From the IMG/VR virus record IMGVR_UViG_3300025658_000003, positions 1 through 55,294 of that record: a stretch of DNA of 55,294 nt; one strand, given 5' to 3'. Shown here piece after piece: positions 8,666 through 18,333 of the stretch. Each line of letters begins with the position of its first letter. Positions within the stretch are counted from its first letter, which is position 1. A program made the position numbers and the translations under genes. The stretch is from a virus (lineage: Duplodnaviria > Caudoviricetes). The notes beneath the pieces are model-generated. The model did not search any database. It was not told the origin of the DNA and worked only from the letters and a program-made list of their open reading frames with translations.

Positions 8666-11581
8666 ATGGCTAAGAAAAAAGAAAATATCCAAAAGAAGAT
8701 AGCTGAAGAGAATGCAAAAAATCTCAAAGCTCTTAGAGCTGAAGAATCACTTCAGACAAACATATCTGCCATATTGTTAAAGAGAGTCCAAGGACAAAAG
8801 AAATTAAATCAAAGCCAAAAGGACTTACTCACCGACATACAAGGTGAAACTGATTTAGCAAGTAAACTTACCAAAATACAAGACGCCAAACAAGCAATAT
8901 TATTAAAACAAGCAAAAACTGGCAAAGATATAGGAAAAGCTCTACTAACCCAATTAGATGATTTGGATGAAATTGTTAGACGAGAGGGAAAACGGCAAGA
9001 ATCAGCAGAACACTATCAAGAACTTCTTGATGACAGAAAGAAAACTCTTCAAAACATATTAGGGATAGATGATGATATAACTGCGGCAGTAGCTAAGGGT
9101 GGTGTAGCCGCTCTTGCTATGAATAAAGCATTTGAAAATGTTGGAGCATCACTAACCGCTCATGTAGATACATTGAGAGATATGGTTACTCAACAGGGGC
9201 TAAGTGGTGGAGAAGCCGTAATACTTAAAGGTAATATCGATGCAGCATCATTTAGTTTAACTGGAATGATGTATGGTTCAGAAGCATTAGCATCATCTGC
9301 ATCAGCAATCGCTGAAAAGTTTGGTAATGTAAACGCAGCAACATCAGATATGATAAAGGGTGTTACTGAAGTAGCATCACTTACAGGAGATGCAGCATCG
9401 GCAACTGATTTAGTAAGTACCTTCCAAAATGCAGGAATGGAAGCTGGTGAAGTTGGTGACCATATAAAAGAATTAGCAGAAAAGCATGGTGTAAACGCCA
9501 AAAAGATGATGGAAGGTATGGGTTCTCAGATGTCTAAGCTGAGAGGTAAAACTCAAGAACAACTGGATGTTATATTAGAAGGTAACGCAGCTTTAATTAA
9601 GCAGGGTACTAATATGGAAGAAATTCAAAACATAGCAAATAATGTTTTGGATATCGAAGGTAATATGAAAGCAGCTGCTAAAGCTAGAGTGATGTTAGGT
9701 AGAGATGTTAATGCTAACGCTGTAAGAAGTGCCGCATTATCTCTGGAATCTGCTCGTACTGATGAAGAAAGAATAGCAGCTCAAGAAAGATTATCTGCAG
9801 AAATATTAAAAGGTGTGGGTGGACAAGAAGAGTTCGCTCAAATGACTGAAAAAGAAAAAGCAGCAACCGCAGCCGCAATGGGAATGGATAAAGAACAATT
9901 ATCCGTTATGATGGACAAAAAAAGAGTTCAAGACGAACTTACAGAAAAATATGGAGCCGCAGCACCAGCAATTGAGATGTTAAAAGGTGGATTCTTTTCA
10001 GCTGTTAAAGGAGCTGGTAGTTTACTTATGGAGATGGGTAAGGTTATAGCGAAAACAACTATAATGAACCTAATGATGAATGGAAAGACTGGTCTAGGTG
10101 GTATGTTCACAGGAGCAGCTAACTCAGCAAAAGATTTAGGTAGTAAAATAAAAGGTGTTTTCTCAAAAGGTGGTGGTGGGGCTAAACCTGATTTGCCAGG
10201 TTTAGATAAAACACAGGATATGGGACCTAAAGTAGATAAAGGTGGTTCTAAAAGTGGTGGTGGGTTAAAATCATTAGCCGATGGTTTAAAAGAGATGGGT
10301 GATTCTAAAGTATTCGCAGGTATAGGTGCAGTTGCATTGGCAGGACCTGCATTTATAATAGCACTTCCATCAATTCCATTCTTATTATTTATGGGATTAA
10401 CTCCATTAAAACAATTAGAAACTAACTTTAGTGGATTAGCAACAGGTCTTAATAGTATGGCATCCACATTTATGGGTTCATTGGCTGTAGCCGCATTCGG
10501 AATCGCAGCAATTCCATCTATACTATCAATTCCATTCTTATTATTTATGGGATTAACACCATTAGCACAATTAGGACCTAATTTCACATCATTATCAGTA
10601 GGATTGACCGCTATGGCATCCTCATTTATGGGTTCACTCGCATTAGGAGCATTCGCATTAGCAGCTGGGTTAGCAATAGCATCTATTCCATTCTTAATCG
10701 CTATATCATTATTAGGAATACCAGCATCAGCTGGATTAGGTGCATTAGGTGTTGGATTAACTGCGTTAGGAACGGCAGCCGCTAGTGGATTACCATTCTT
10801 AGGAATCGCATTAATAGGGGCATTAGGATTGGCTATGATTCCATTCGCAATCGCATTAAATATAGCAACACCAGCAATTGAAGCATTTGGTGGTGTAATA
10901 GTTGGGGTAATGGGAGCAATCCCACCAATCATTAGTGCAATAGCAGATGGGTTCGTAACTATGATGGGTGCATTATCTTTAGAAAATATTGGAGCATTAA
11001 TGTTATTAGGACCGGCATTGATGTTAGCATCAGTTGGTATGGTTGCATTTGGAATTTCAATGGCAGTTGCATCAGCAGCATCATTCTTTGGTGGTGGTAT
11101 TATAGATGATATAAGTGAATTAGCTATGATAGGACCTCAATTAGAACAAGCAGGTAGTGGGTTAGCATCAATTACACAAAATTTAGGTGAAGTAAGTGGT
11201 GTAATAGCAACATTATCAGAATCATTAAGTACAATGGGTTCAGTAACAACACCATTATATGGAGTTGCAGGTGGATTAATGAGTATAGCGGGTGGTTTAG
11301 TAACTATGGCTGGTGCTGGATTGTTAGCACTACCAATATTTGCAGCAATAGGTGGTTTAGCAGCTATCGCTCCTGTATTAGATGGATTAGGTTCGTTATT
11401 TGGTGGTGGTGGTGAATCCGAATCCACATCAGATAGTGGTGGTTCTGATATGATAGATTACGAAAGATTAGCATCAGTTTTACAATCACAACCAATAGTA
11501 TTATCAATAGATGGTAAGGCAGTACAAAAGATAACGGCAGTACAACGTAGACAAGGTAAAAACGCAAGGGGATTTAGCTAA
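8666..11581 (+). CDS. Tape measure protein
   Basis: 971 aa, Ala/Gly-rich and helical, long hydrophobic C-terminal part with an internal 52-aa repeat; canonical position. Confidence 0.85.
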   Translation: MAKKKENIQKKIAEENAKNLKALRAEESLQTNISAILLKRVQGQKKLNQSQKDLLTDIQGETDLASKLTKIQDAKQAILLKQAKTGKDIGKALLTQLDDLDEIVRREGKRQESAEHYQELLDDRKKTLQNILGIDDDITAAVAKGGVAALAMNKAFENVGASLTAHVDTLRDMVTQQGLSGGEAVILKGNIDAASFSLTGMMYGSEALASSASAIAEKFGNVNAATSDMIKGVTEVASLTGDAASATDLVSTFQNAGMEAGEVGDHIKELAEKHGVNAKKMMEGMGSQMSKLRGKTQEQLDVILEGNAALIKQGTNMEEIQNIANNVLDIEGNMKAAAKARVMLGRDVNANAVRSAALSLESARTDEERIAAQERLSAEILKGVGGQEEFAQMTEKEKAATAAAMGMDKEQLSVMMDKKRVQDELTEKYGAAAPAIEMLKGGFFSAVKGAGSLLMEMGKVIAKTTIMNLMMNGKTGLGGMFTGAANSAKDLGSKIKGVFSKGGGGAKPDLPGLDKTQDMGPKVDKGGSKSGGGLKSLADGLKEMGDSKVFAGIGAVALAGPAFIIALPSIPFLLFMGLTPLKQLETNFSGLATGLNSMASTFMGSLAVAAFGIAAIPSILSIPFLLFMGLTPLAQLGPNFTSLSVGLTAMASSFMGSLALGAFALAAGLAIASIPFLIAISLLGIPASAGLGALGVGLTALGTAAASGLPFLGIALIGALGLAMIPFAIALNIATPAIEAFGGVIVGVMGAIPPIISAIADGFVTMMGALSLENIGALMLLGPALMLASVGMVAFGISMAVASAASFFGGGIIDDISELAMIGPQLEQAGSGLASITQNLGEVSGVIATLSESLSTMGSVTTPLYGVAGGLMSIAGGLVTMAGAGLLALPIFAAIGGLAAIAPVLDGLGSLFGGGGESESTSDSGGSDMIDYERLASVLQSQPIVLSIDGKAVQKITAVQRRQGKNARGFS

Positions 11582-14500
11582 TGGCACTTAAAGATATGAA
11601 ATCAGATTTATCAAAGTTTAGAGTTCCTAAAACAACACCTTTGGATTCTAAACCAACAGTTGAGGTTAATAAAAACTTAAACAAAACACCTCTTAGTGGG
11701 TTAGTAAAATCTGCTCCTGTAAAAGCAACGATTTCACCAACAGAAAAATCTGGAGTAAATCCTCAAAAGATAAATCAAACTGAAAAGTTTAAAGGTGAAA
11801 CTACTCCTAAGCCAATGGATAACTCAGAAAAGTTTAAGGGTGAAACTACTCCTAAGCCAATGAGTTTAGAAGAACGATATTTAGGACAAACCGACCCTAA
11901 GTTGGTAAATCAAACTGAAAAGTTTAAAGGTGAAACAAATCCTAAAGAAATGGATAACTCATCTAAATTCTTAGGTGAAACAAATCCTACTGAATCTGAT
12001 AAGAGCTCTAAGTTCATAGGTGAGACAACACCAAAAGAAGCAAATAATCAATCACAATTCTTAGGTGAGACAACACCAAAGGAAATGGATAACAAAACTA
12101 AATTCTTAGGTGAAACAACTCCTAAAGAGGCAAATAACCAATCAAAATTCTTAGGTGAAACTACTCCTAAAGAAGCAAATAATAAAACTCAGTTCTTAGG
12201 TGAAACTACTCCTAAAGAAGCTGATAAGAGTTCTAAGTTTTTAGGTGAGACAACACCAAAAGAAGCAAATAATAAAACTCAGTTCTTAGGAGAAACTACT
12301 CCAAAGGAATCTGATAAGAGTTCTAAGTTCTTAGGTGAAACATCACCAAAACCAATGAGTTTAGAAGAAAGATATTTAGGACAGACAACACCTAATGAAT
12401 CTGATAAGAGTTCTAAATTCTTAGGAGAAACTACTCCAACCGAATCCGATAGGAGTTCTAAGTTCTTAGGAGAAACTACTCCAAAGGAATCTGATAAAAG
12501 CTCTAAGTTTTTGGGTGAAACTACTCCACTATCATCAGATAGGAGTTCTAAGTTCTTAGGTGAAACATCACCAACTCCAATGAATATTCCAAATGGTGAA
12601 AGGGGTTTAGGTGAAACAACACCAACTGATTTTTCATTTAAAAAGAAATTGGAAAGTGAAGGAAAAGATTTTAAAGAAGTAAACAATCTTTCAGATATTC
12701 ACTCAACTGGATTTAATTCTAAATTTGGTGGAGTAGAGGCAACTAGATTTGTGGGTGTAAATCCTAACAATACTGTATTTGATGGGGCTAGTTCATTATT
12801 TTCTAATACATCTGATAATACCTTTACTTTAGGTAAAACTTATGGTAAATCATTCAATGATGCCGGTGGTATGAATTCAGGAGAAGAAGGATTTGGAATT
12901 GGTAAGGGGCAAGCTAAGCGTAAATCTCCATCATTCTTAGATGAGCAATATAATAAGTTTAATTTAAGAGATGATGCATTCAATTTAGGAACATCCGCAT
13001 TTGCACATCCATTAATCCTAAGAGGTATTCAAAGAAAAGGATTAACCAAAGGTGAACCACAAAAGTGGGGATTTGGATTTCCTATAGATGATGGTTTAGT
13101 TAGGGGTGGTATCGTAACCGCAGTTGATAGAGCAGTTGTTGATGTAGTGCGTTTAGGTAAGTGGATGATTTCAGTAAAAGGTTTATTGTGGGGTGTAAAG
13201 AACTTAGGTTTACAAGCATCCAACCCTAATGTAGAAACCATTACTGGAAAACGATTAACGAAGGTTTGGACTCCTATAAATACAATCGCTTCAACACTTG
13301 GTGGGTTTGCAGGATTACACCCACGCAGACATGGTATATTACCATTACCAGAAGCTGCTAATCCTGAAAAATATGAAACTGTACAAAAGGTTAAAAAAGT
13401 AGCTCAAGTAGATGATATAACATTAGGTATTGCGGGTACGGGTAATAGATTAGTTGGATTATACAATGAATCATTCCTTACAATTGGTGGTACAACAACA
13501 TCTTCTACTTTTAAAGGTGCACCATTTTTAAGATTGCAAGGATTGGGTGGACCAAACTCCCTTTATGGTTTAATTCCAGGTGGTAGAGTTCCACATAGAG
13601 ATGAAGATACTAGATTTGATGTATTCGATGGATTCACTATTCAAAATCAATATAGTGTAGTAGGAACAGACCCTTCAACGGGGCCAACAGCAGCTCAAAA
13701 TCTAAACTTTTTACCATTTGATAGAGATAAAACACCATTAGGAAAAGAAGTAAAACCATATACTGAATTTAATAAGTATCCTGATAGAGAACCAACTTCA
13801 GACCCTAACGATACTACTAATAAAAAAGCTGGTATAACTCACAATGATGAGTTTACATATGGTGAAAATAGAAGTTCAGACTTAGAAGGTAGTGATTACG
13901 AAGGTACTGATTTAGGTCTTGCATGGGAATCGTATTCAACTGAGGGTAGACCATCTGATGGGGCATTGAATAGAGGTGTTACACACACCTCAAAGGAAAA
14001 TCCATTCGAAAAAGTAAAAAATACAAATGGAACATCTCATAATATAGAAGTATTAACATCATCAGAACTTATCAAAGGATATGAAACTATAGCATATGGA
14101 AATATGCCTGATAGAGTAGCTAATGATATTGAAGTAACTGATTTTAGAAGTTTGTTAACAGGTGATGAATCCAAAAGAGCTACAAAAGCTGCATACACCG
14201 ATAAATCACTACAAACTAGGTTTAAATTTACAAATCCTGGTAAAGTTGGAGCAGATAGAACAGATTATACTACATCTCATGCCGCTGACCCAATTCAAAC
14301 ATCGGGTATAAACGCAGCAGAGCAGGATGATTTAGTTAAACTAATATTTGATAAACATGGTGGTGGTTCTAAATTACAATTCAGAGCAACTGTTACTGGT
14401 ATAACAGAAACATTCTCACCATCTTGGGATGGGATGAAATATAATGGTAGAGCTGACCAGGCGTTTAAATACGGAACATTTGAAAGAAGTATGAGTTTTA

Positions 14501-14814
14501 ACTTCAAAGTATATCCAACATCTAAAGCGGAACTAATCCCATTGTATAAAAAATTAGAAAGATTATCCACAATGACAATGCCTAACTATGGTACAAATGG
14601 ATATGAGGGTATTCTGTTAGATTTTACTTTAGGTAAATTATGGGTAAACCAATTATCATTCATAGATTCGTTATCATACTCATTTTCAGATGATGTACCT
14701 TGGGATATTGATGAACAGGCATCTATGGGTATAGATGTATCAATAGGATTAAAATTATTAATGAACGAATTACCAAAATACCAATCAACTGTTTATAATT
14801 TAGATGGGATGTAA
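11581..14814 (+). CDS. Baseplate/tube-initiator-like protein with an N-terminal 15-aa repeat array
   Basis: C-terminal FRATVTGITETFSPSW...GRADQAFKY...FERSMSFNFKVY resembles tube-initiator domains; located after the tape measure gene. Confidence 0.6.
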   Translation: MALKDMKSDLSKFRVPKTTPLDSKPTVEVNKNLNKTPLSGLVKSAPVKATISPTEKSGVNPQKINQTEKFKGETTPKPMDNSEKFKGETTPKPMSLEERYLGQTDPKLVNQTEKFKGETNPKEMDNSSKFLGETNPTESDKSSKFIGETTPKEANNQSQFLGETTPKEMDNKTKFLGETTPKEANNQSKFLGETTPKEANNKTQFLGETTPKEADKSSKFLGETTPKEANNKTQFLGETTPKESDKSSKFLGETSPKPMSLEERYLGQTTPNESDKSSKFLGETTPTESDRSSKFLGETTPKESDKSSKFLGETTPLSSDRSSKFLGETSPTPMNIPNGERGLGETTPTDFSFKKKLESEGKDFKEVNNLSDIHSTGFNSKFGGVEATRFVGVNPNNTVFDGASSLFSNTSDNTFTLGKTYGKSFNDAGGMNSGEEGFGIGKGQAKRKSPSFLDEQYNKFNLRDDAFNLGTSAFAHPLILRGIQRKGLTKGEPQKWGFGFPIDDGLVRGGIVTAVDRAVVDVVRLGKWMISVKGLLWGVKNLGLQASNPNVETITGKRLTKVWTPINTIASTLGGFAGLHPRRHGILPLPEAANPEKYETVQKVKKVAQVDDITLGIAGTGNRLVGLYNESFLTIGGTTTSSTFKGAPFLRLQGLGGPNSLYGLIPGGRVPHRDEDTRFDVFDGFTIQNQYSVVGTDPSTGPTAAQNLNFLPFDRDKTPLGKEVKPYTEFNKYPDREPTSDPNDTTNKKAGITHNDEFTYGENRSSDLEGSDYEGTDLGLAWESYSTEGRPSDGALNRGVTHTSKENPFEKVKNTNGTSHNIEVLTSSELIKGYETIAYGNMPDRVANDIEVTDFRSLLTGDESKRATKAAYTDKSLQTRFKFTNPGKVGADRTDYTTSHAADPIQTSGINAAEQDDLVKLIFDKHGGGSKLQFRATVTGITETFSPSWDGMKYNGRADQAFKYGTFERSMSFNFKVYPTSKAELIPLYKKLERLSTMTMPNYGTNGYEGILLDFTLGKLWVNQLSFIDSLSYSFSDDVPWDIDEQASMGIDVSIGLKLLMNELPKYQSTVYNLDGM
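11776..12625 (+). repeat. In-frame 45-bp (15-aa) tandem repeat, 18 units plus one degenerate unit
   Basis: (F/Y)(L/K/I)G(E/Q)TxP core counted 19 times, with 8-aa variable linkers. Confidence 0.95.
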
Positions 14815-14817
14815 AAT

Positions 14818-15117
14818 ATGGCAAATAGATACGAAAATATAGAACTATTAAGAACCGAATTGGGTAAACGTTTTAAAAAAACCATTAGATACCCAAAGAT
14901 GGAAAAAAATCAAAATGATACATACATCATTTCTATACAAGGTGATAGATTAGATAATATGGCTTATAAATATTATGAAGATTCACGATTATGGTGGATT
15001 ATTGCAAGAGCTAATTATTTAGGTAAGGGTGATTTAGAAATACCAATTGGTACTCAACTAAGAATACCATATGATTATCTAGGTATTTACAAAGAATATG
15101 TTCAACTAAATAAATAA
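14818..15117 (+). CDS. LysM/gpX-like baseplate protein
   Basis: QGDRLDNMAYKYYEDSRLWWIIARAN...GTQLRIP. Confidence 0.85.
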   Translation: MANRYENIELLRTELGKRFKKTIRYPKMEKNQNDTYIISIQGDRLDNMAYKYYEDSRLWWIIARANYLGKGDLEIPIGTQLRIPYDYLGIYKEYVQLNK

Positions 15118-15129
15118 AAAAGTAAAGTT

Positions 15130-17034
15130 ATGAGTGGATTTGACCAAGGATTTGATGGTAATGTAAAAGCAGAGTTAGATAGGCGTGGTGATGCGTTAGA
15201 ATCTCATGGTAAAGCGTGGAATTATGATAAATACGCATACATCACCATAAGGTCAACAGGTAAATCAGAAACTGTTATACAATCTGTAAAAGGATTTACA
15301 ATAGGTGATGGTGCATCTCACAATCAAGGACCTCACATTGGATTATACACATCGGAAGATGGTATTCGTAAATTTAAACCTCTACTAAAATCATGTAAAA
15401 TAACAAATGAAGGTGGTGGTGATTATACCGATTCATATCTATATAATATAGAATTCTCTTTTACAGTATTTACAATGGCTGACTTAAATGCAGCTGAAGC
15501 ATCTGTTATGAGAGTAGGTGGTGAAATTGAAGTAAATTTCGGTTGGAAAGGATACGCTAGTGGTGTTAATACTGGTACAGTAACTGCTAATGTTTTCAAT
15601 TATGATTTTAGCATGAATGAAGATGGTTCATTTGATTGTAACGTAAAAGCAATGTCAGCAGCAGGATTATGGGGTGGTGATGATTTAAGTGGAACTGCAG
15701 AAACCGATGATGGCGGAGAAACGAAAGAAGGAAATTTCTTATATGATTTAGAATGTGCGTGTAGAGATGCATTTGGATTAGCTAGTGATGATGGTCCTGA
15801 TTCTGTTTCCGATTTGGGTGATAACAAACTTATAATAAAGCAGGGTGCTGTAAAAGGAATGCCAATAAAAGGAACATTTGGAGCAGCTGAATTAATTGTT
15901 GAGCCAGGATTCTTTAACGATGAGGAAACTTACTTATTTTTCACTACGTTAGGTACACTTATTAGATACATAAATAAAATGGGTGATGAAGAGGGTAACA
16001 AATATAAAATATCCTCAGATGCAGAACTCAACACATGGCCTGACATTAAAGAAATAGGTTCTTCAGACCCGAAAGATTGTTTTTTACCAGGTCCTCAAGG
16101 AAGTTATGGAGACCCTTCAGATGGTAGTAACGCTGCAAACTTTGCAAAATGGGGTACAACATTAAAAGAGAATGCTACTTCTGATGATTCAACAGATTTA
16201 GATAAAATAGCGTTATCATTTGATTATTTAACCAAAACATATAAGAGTATGGCTGATTCATCTAAAAGTGTTGGTGGATTTAAAAGTCCTGTAAAAATAG
16301 CAGAATACTTAAAAGCTATATTTGCGAGAATAGATGTTTTAACGGGTGGGTTAATCACATTAGCAGCAATACCAATGAAAGCTGGACAACCATTGCAACC
16401 TGATAATCAGAAACCACCATTTGATATTAACATAGTAAATAAAAAATTAGTTAGTGATGGTTCAAAAGGATTAACCACTTATACATTCGAAACATTATCA
16501 AAAAGGTCAATAACTAAATCAGTATCATTGAGTAGTGAATTTGATTCAGATTACGTTTTGATGGCAACTAAATCCAATATAGAAAAAGGTACATCTAATG
16601 GACATTATTTAACCAAAAGTAATGGCGGCCCATTTCCAGATAATCCCGATAGTGGAAAAGTTGTAGCAGGAAAAAAGACAGGCCTCGTTGATTTAGATGG
16701 TTTATTGAAATTACGAAATGAAATTGGAGATAAAGGAGCATCCCCACAAAAATTAACAGCATATGGTGATGCGTGTAGGGGTTGGATACAAAGAGAAGCA
16801 AAGGGTAATGCGAAGTTACAAAAGGGTAGATATAGTGAGATACAATATACATTAAATCTAAGTGTTACTATAGATGGTGTTTGGGGAATTAAATTTCTAT
16901 CACCAATTAAGATAGATAGATTACCAGCTGTCTTTGCAGACCCTAAAGTAATGTTTAGTGTAACGGCAGTAAATCACTCATTCGATGGACAGGGTGGATG
17001 GGATACTTCATTAGAAACTGTAATGAGGATATAA
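15130..17034 (+). CDS. Putative baseplate hub protein
   Basis: Follows the LysM gene; VNFGW, FDCNVKAMS and a terminal VTAVNHSFDGQGGWDTSLE are typical of hub-like proteins. Confidence 0.55.
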   Translation: MSGFDQGFDGNVKAELDRRGDALESHGKAWNYDKYAYITIRSTGKSETVIQSVKGFTIGDGASHNQGPHIGLYTSEDGIRKFKPLLKSCKITNEGGGDYTDSYLYNIEFSFTVFTMADLNAAEASVMRVGGEIEVNFGWKGYASGVNTGTVTANVFNYDFSMNEDGSFDCNVKAMSAAGLWGGDDLSGTAETDDGGETKEGNFLYDLECACRDAFGLASDDGPDSVSDLGDNKLIIKQGAVKGMPIKGTFGAAELIVEPGFFNDEETYLFFTTLGTLIRYINKMGDEEGNKYKISSDAELNTWPDIKEIGSSDPKDCFLPGPQGSYGDPSDGSNAANFAKWGTTLKENATSDDSTDLDKIALSFDYLTKTYKSMADSSKSVGGFKSPVKIAEYLKAIFARIDVLTGGLITLAAIPMKAGQPLQPDNQKPPFDINIVNKKLVSDGSKGLTTYTFETLSKRSITKSVSLSSEFDSDYVLMATKSNIEKGTSNGHYLTKSNGGPFPDNPDSGKVVAGKKTGLVDLDGLLKLRNEIGDKGASPQKLTAYGDACRGWIQREAKGNAKLQKGRYSEIQYTLNLSVTIDGVWGIKFLSPIKIDRLPAVFADPKVMFSVTAVNHSFDGQGGWDTSLETVMRI

Positions 17035-17036
17035 TT

Positions 17037-17672
17037 ATGGCTAACGAATTCAAACGAAAAAGAATATATTATACAAAAGCACAGATAACCACTGGATTAA
17101 TAACTAAGGGTGAAGAGTGGATGTTTGTAGATACTACAGAGTACATAGGGCAATATCACAGATATACTACAGGTGAAGTATTTTCAAAAGCAACATTTGT
17201 CGATGGTATATCAAGAGTTCTGATACCATATGTAAATATCAAAGCTATTGGTTTAGAAAACTCCGATGGTGTAAATTTAGCTAAATCATTTATATATGAT
17301 AATGTAAAAACTTTAGATATTAAAAAAATGATGTTACCAAACCCAGATATTGAACCTGTTACAGATGATGATATGAAGAATGGATTTATGGAACGATACT
17401 TTGGATATAGATATGATAATAATTGTATCGAACTTAATAAAAAAAAGTTTAACCAAATTGGTTCAGAAGATGGGTTATCTGATGTACTCTATCTAAAGGT
17501 AAAACTTAAATGGAAAATTGGTGGACCGGTATATGATAAAAAAGATGAAAGAGGTAACATATTAGAAGCCGGTGTATATGATACAAACAAACGAACAGTA
17601 GCACTATATTCAGAAAAATACCCATTGATAAAATATAAACTAATGGATTATTTAGAATTCTATCAACCATAA
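17037..17672 (+). CDS. Hypothetical virion-associated protein
   Basis: ATG 17037 follows the preceding stop by 2 nt, so it is preferred to 16998; YIGQYH and ERYF motifs. Confidence 0.6.
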   Translation: MANEFKRKRIYYTKAQITTGLITKGEEWMFVDTTEYIGQYHRYTTGEVFSKATFVDGISRVLIPYVNIKAIGLENSDGVNLAKSFIYDNVKTLDIKKMMLPNPDIEPVTDDDMKNGFMERYFGYRYDNNCIELNKKKFNQIGSEDGLSDVLYLKVKLKWKIGGPVYDKKDERGNILEAGVYDTNKRTVALYSEKYPLIKYKLMDYLEFYQP

Positions 17673-17676
17673 CCCT

Positions 17677-17754
17677 ATGAATCATAAAAAAGATATCAGT
17701 ACACTCGTATATATTCTATTAATGGTAACGTTTTTTATCTTTGGTATTTGTTAA
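17677..17754 (+). CDS. Putative 25-aa single-pass membrane peptide (not in ORF track)
   Basis: MNHKKDISTLVYILLMVTFFIFGIC; starts 4 nt after the preceding stop. Confidence 0.4.
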   Translation: MNHKKDISTLVYILLMVTFFIFGIC

Positions 17755-17770
17755 TAACTTTAACAAAGAT

Positions 17771-17837
17771 TTAACAATTTCTTAACATTAAAATTTGGTA
17801 AATCCAGTAAAAAGTCGTATATTAGTAGTGTAATAAG
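17771..17837 (+). repeat. 67-bp promoter-containing direct repeat, copy 1 (copy 2 at 42685-42751)
   Basis: Manual alignment gives 4 mismatches in 67 bp. Confidence 0.9.
17794..17825 (+). promoter_or_regulatory. Early/middle promoter TTTG-N20-TATATTAG
   Basis: Fits the 11-copy motif with an exact 20-nt spacer. Confidence 0.8.
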
Positions 17838-17870
17838 GGTTGAGAGTTTAACCCCACTAATAATTAAAAA

Positions 17871-18137
17871 ATGACAAAAATAGAAAAGTTCGAAAAATCA
17901 ATTGAGGGTGTTAAGTTCACTCCAGCTCAAAAAAAGATTGTTAATCTAATCCTCAAAGGATGGGAAATCACAGTTGTTAATAAACACCATATGAGTGGTG
18001 GACAAATGATGTGGAAAGTTCCAAATTCAGATTACTTAGAGCATGCTGGTAAAGTTTACAAAGCATTCTTCAACGTTTTCTACCAAATCAAAAAACAAAA
18101 AGGAATCGAAGTTCCTACTAACCTATTTTGTAGTTAA
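17871..18137 (+). CDS. Hypothetical early protein
   Basis: 88-aa ORF downstream of a promoter and a leader hairpin. Confidence 0.75.
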   Translation: MTKIEKFEKSIEGVKFTPAQKKIVNLILKGWEITVVNKHHMSGGQMMWKVPNSDYLEHAGKVYKAFFNVFYQIKKQKGIEVPTNLFCS

Positions 18138-18140
18138 GAT

Positions 18141-18317
18141 ATGAGTAGTTTAGATAATATGTTTGGGGGAAACCCAATAGAAGAAATAAACACAATTTTA
18201 GATGAAATGCTAATATTCGCTAAAACGGCGGGTAAGGTTACTGAGTGTGGAGTTTGCAAAAACACAAAAGTATATTTAGAAAAAGAATGTAAGGTTTGTT
18301 TGGATAACTCAAAATAA
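18141..18317 (+). CDS. 58-aa protein with two CxxC pairs (not in ORF track)
   Basis: MSSLDNMFGG...ECGVCKNTKVYLEKECKVCLDNSK fills the gap between neighbouring genes. Confidence 0.6.
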   Translation: MSSLDNMFGGNPIEEINTILDEMLIFAKTAGKVTECGVCKNTKVYLEKECKVCLDNSK

Positions 18318-18330
18318 ATTCGTATATTTA
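18299..18330 (+). promoter_or_regulatory. Promoter TTTG-N20-TATATTTA
   Basis: Same motif and spacer. Confidence 0.75.
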
Positions 18331-18333
18331 CAT

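Noticed and set aside
9928-10932. 334-aa minus-strand ORF (and other minus-strand ORFs such as 12279-12686)
   Set aside because: These are antisense shadows of Ala/Gly-rich or repetitive plus-strand genes, with no promoter or recognisable motif.
11776-12625. 45-bp periodic array as a CRISPR array
   Set aside because: It is in frame within a long ORF, variation is concentrated at synonymous positions, the linkers recur, and they are too short to be spacers.
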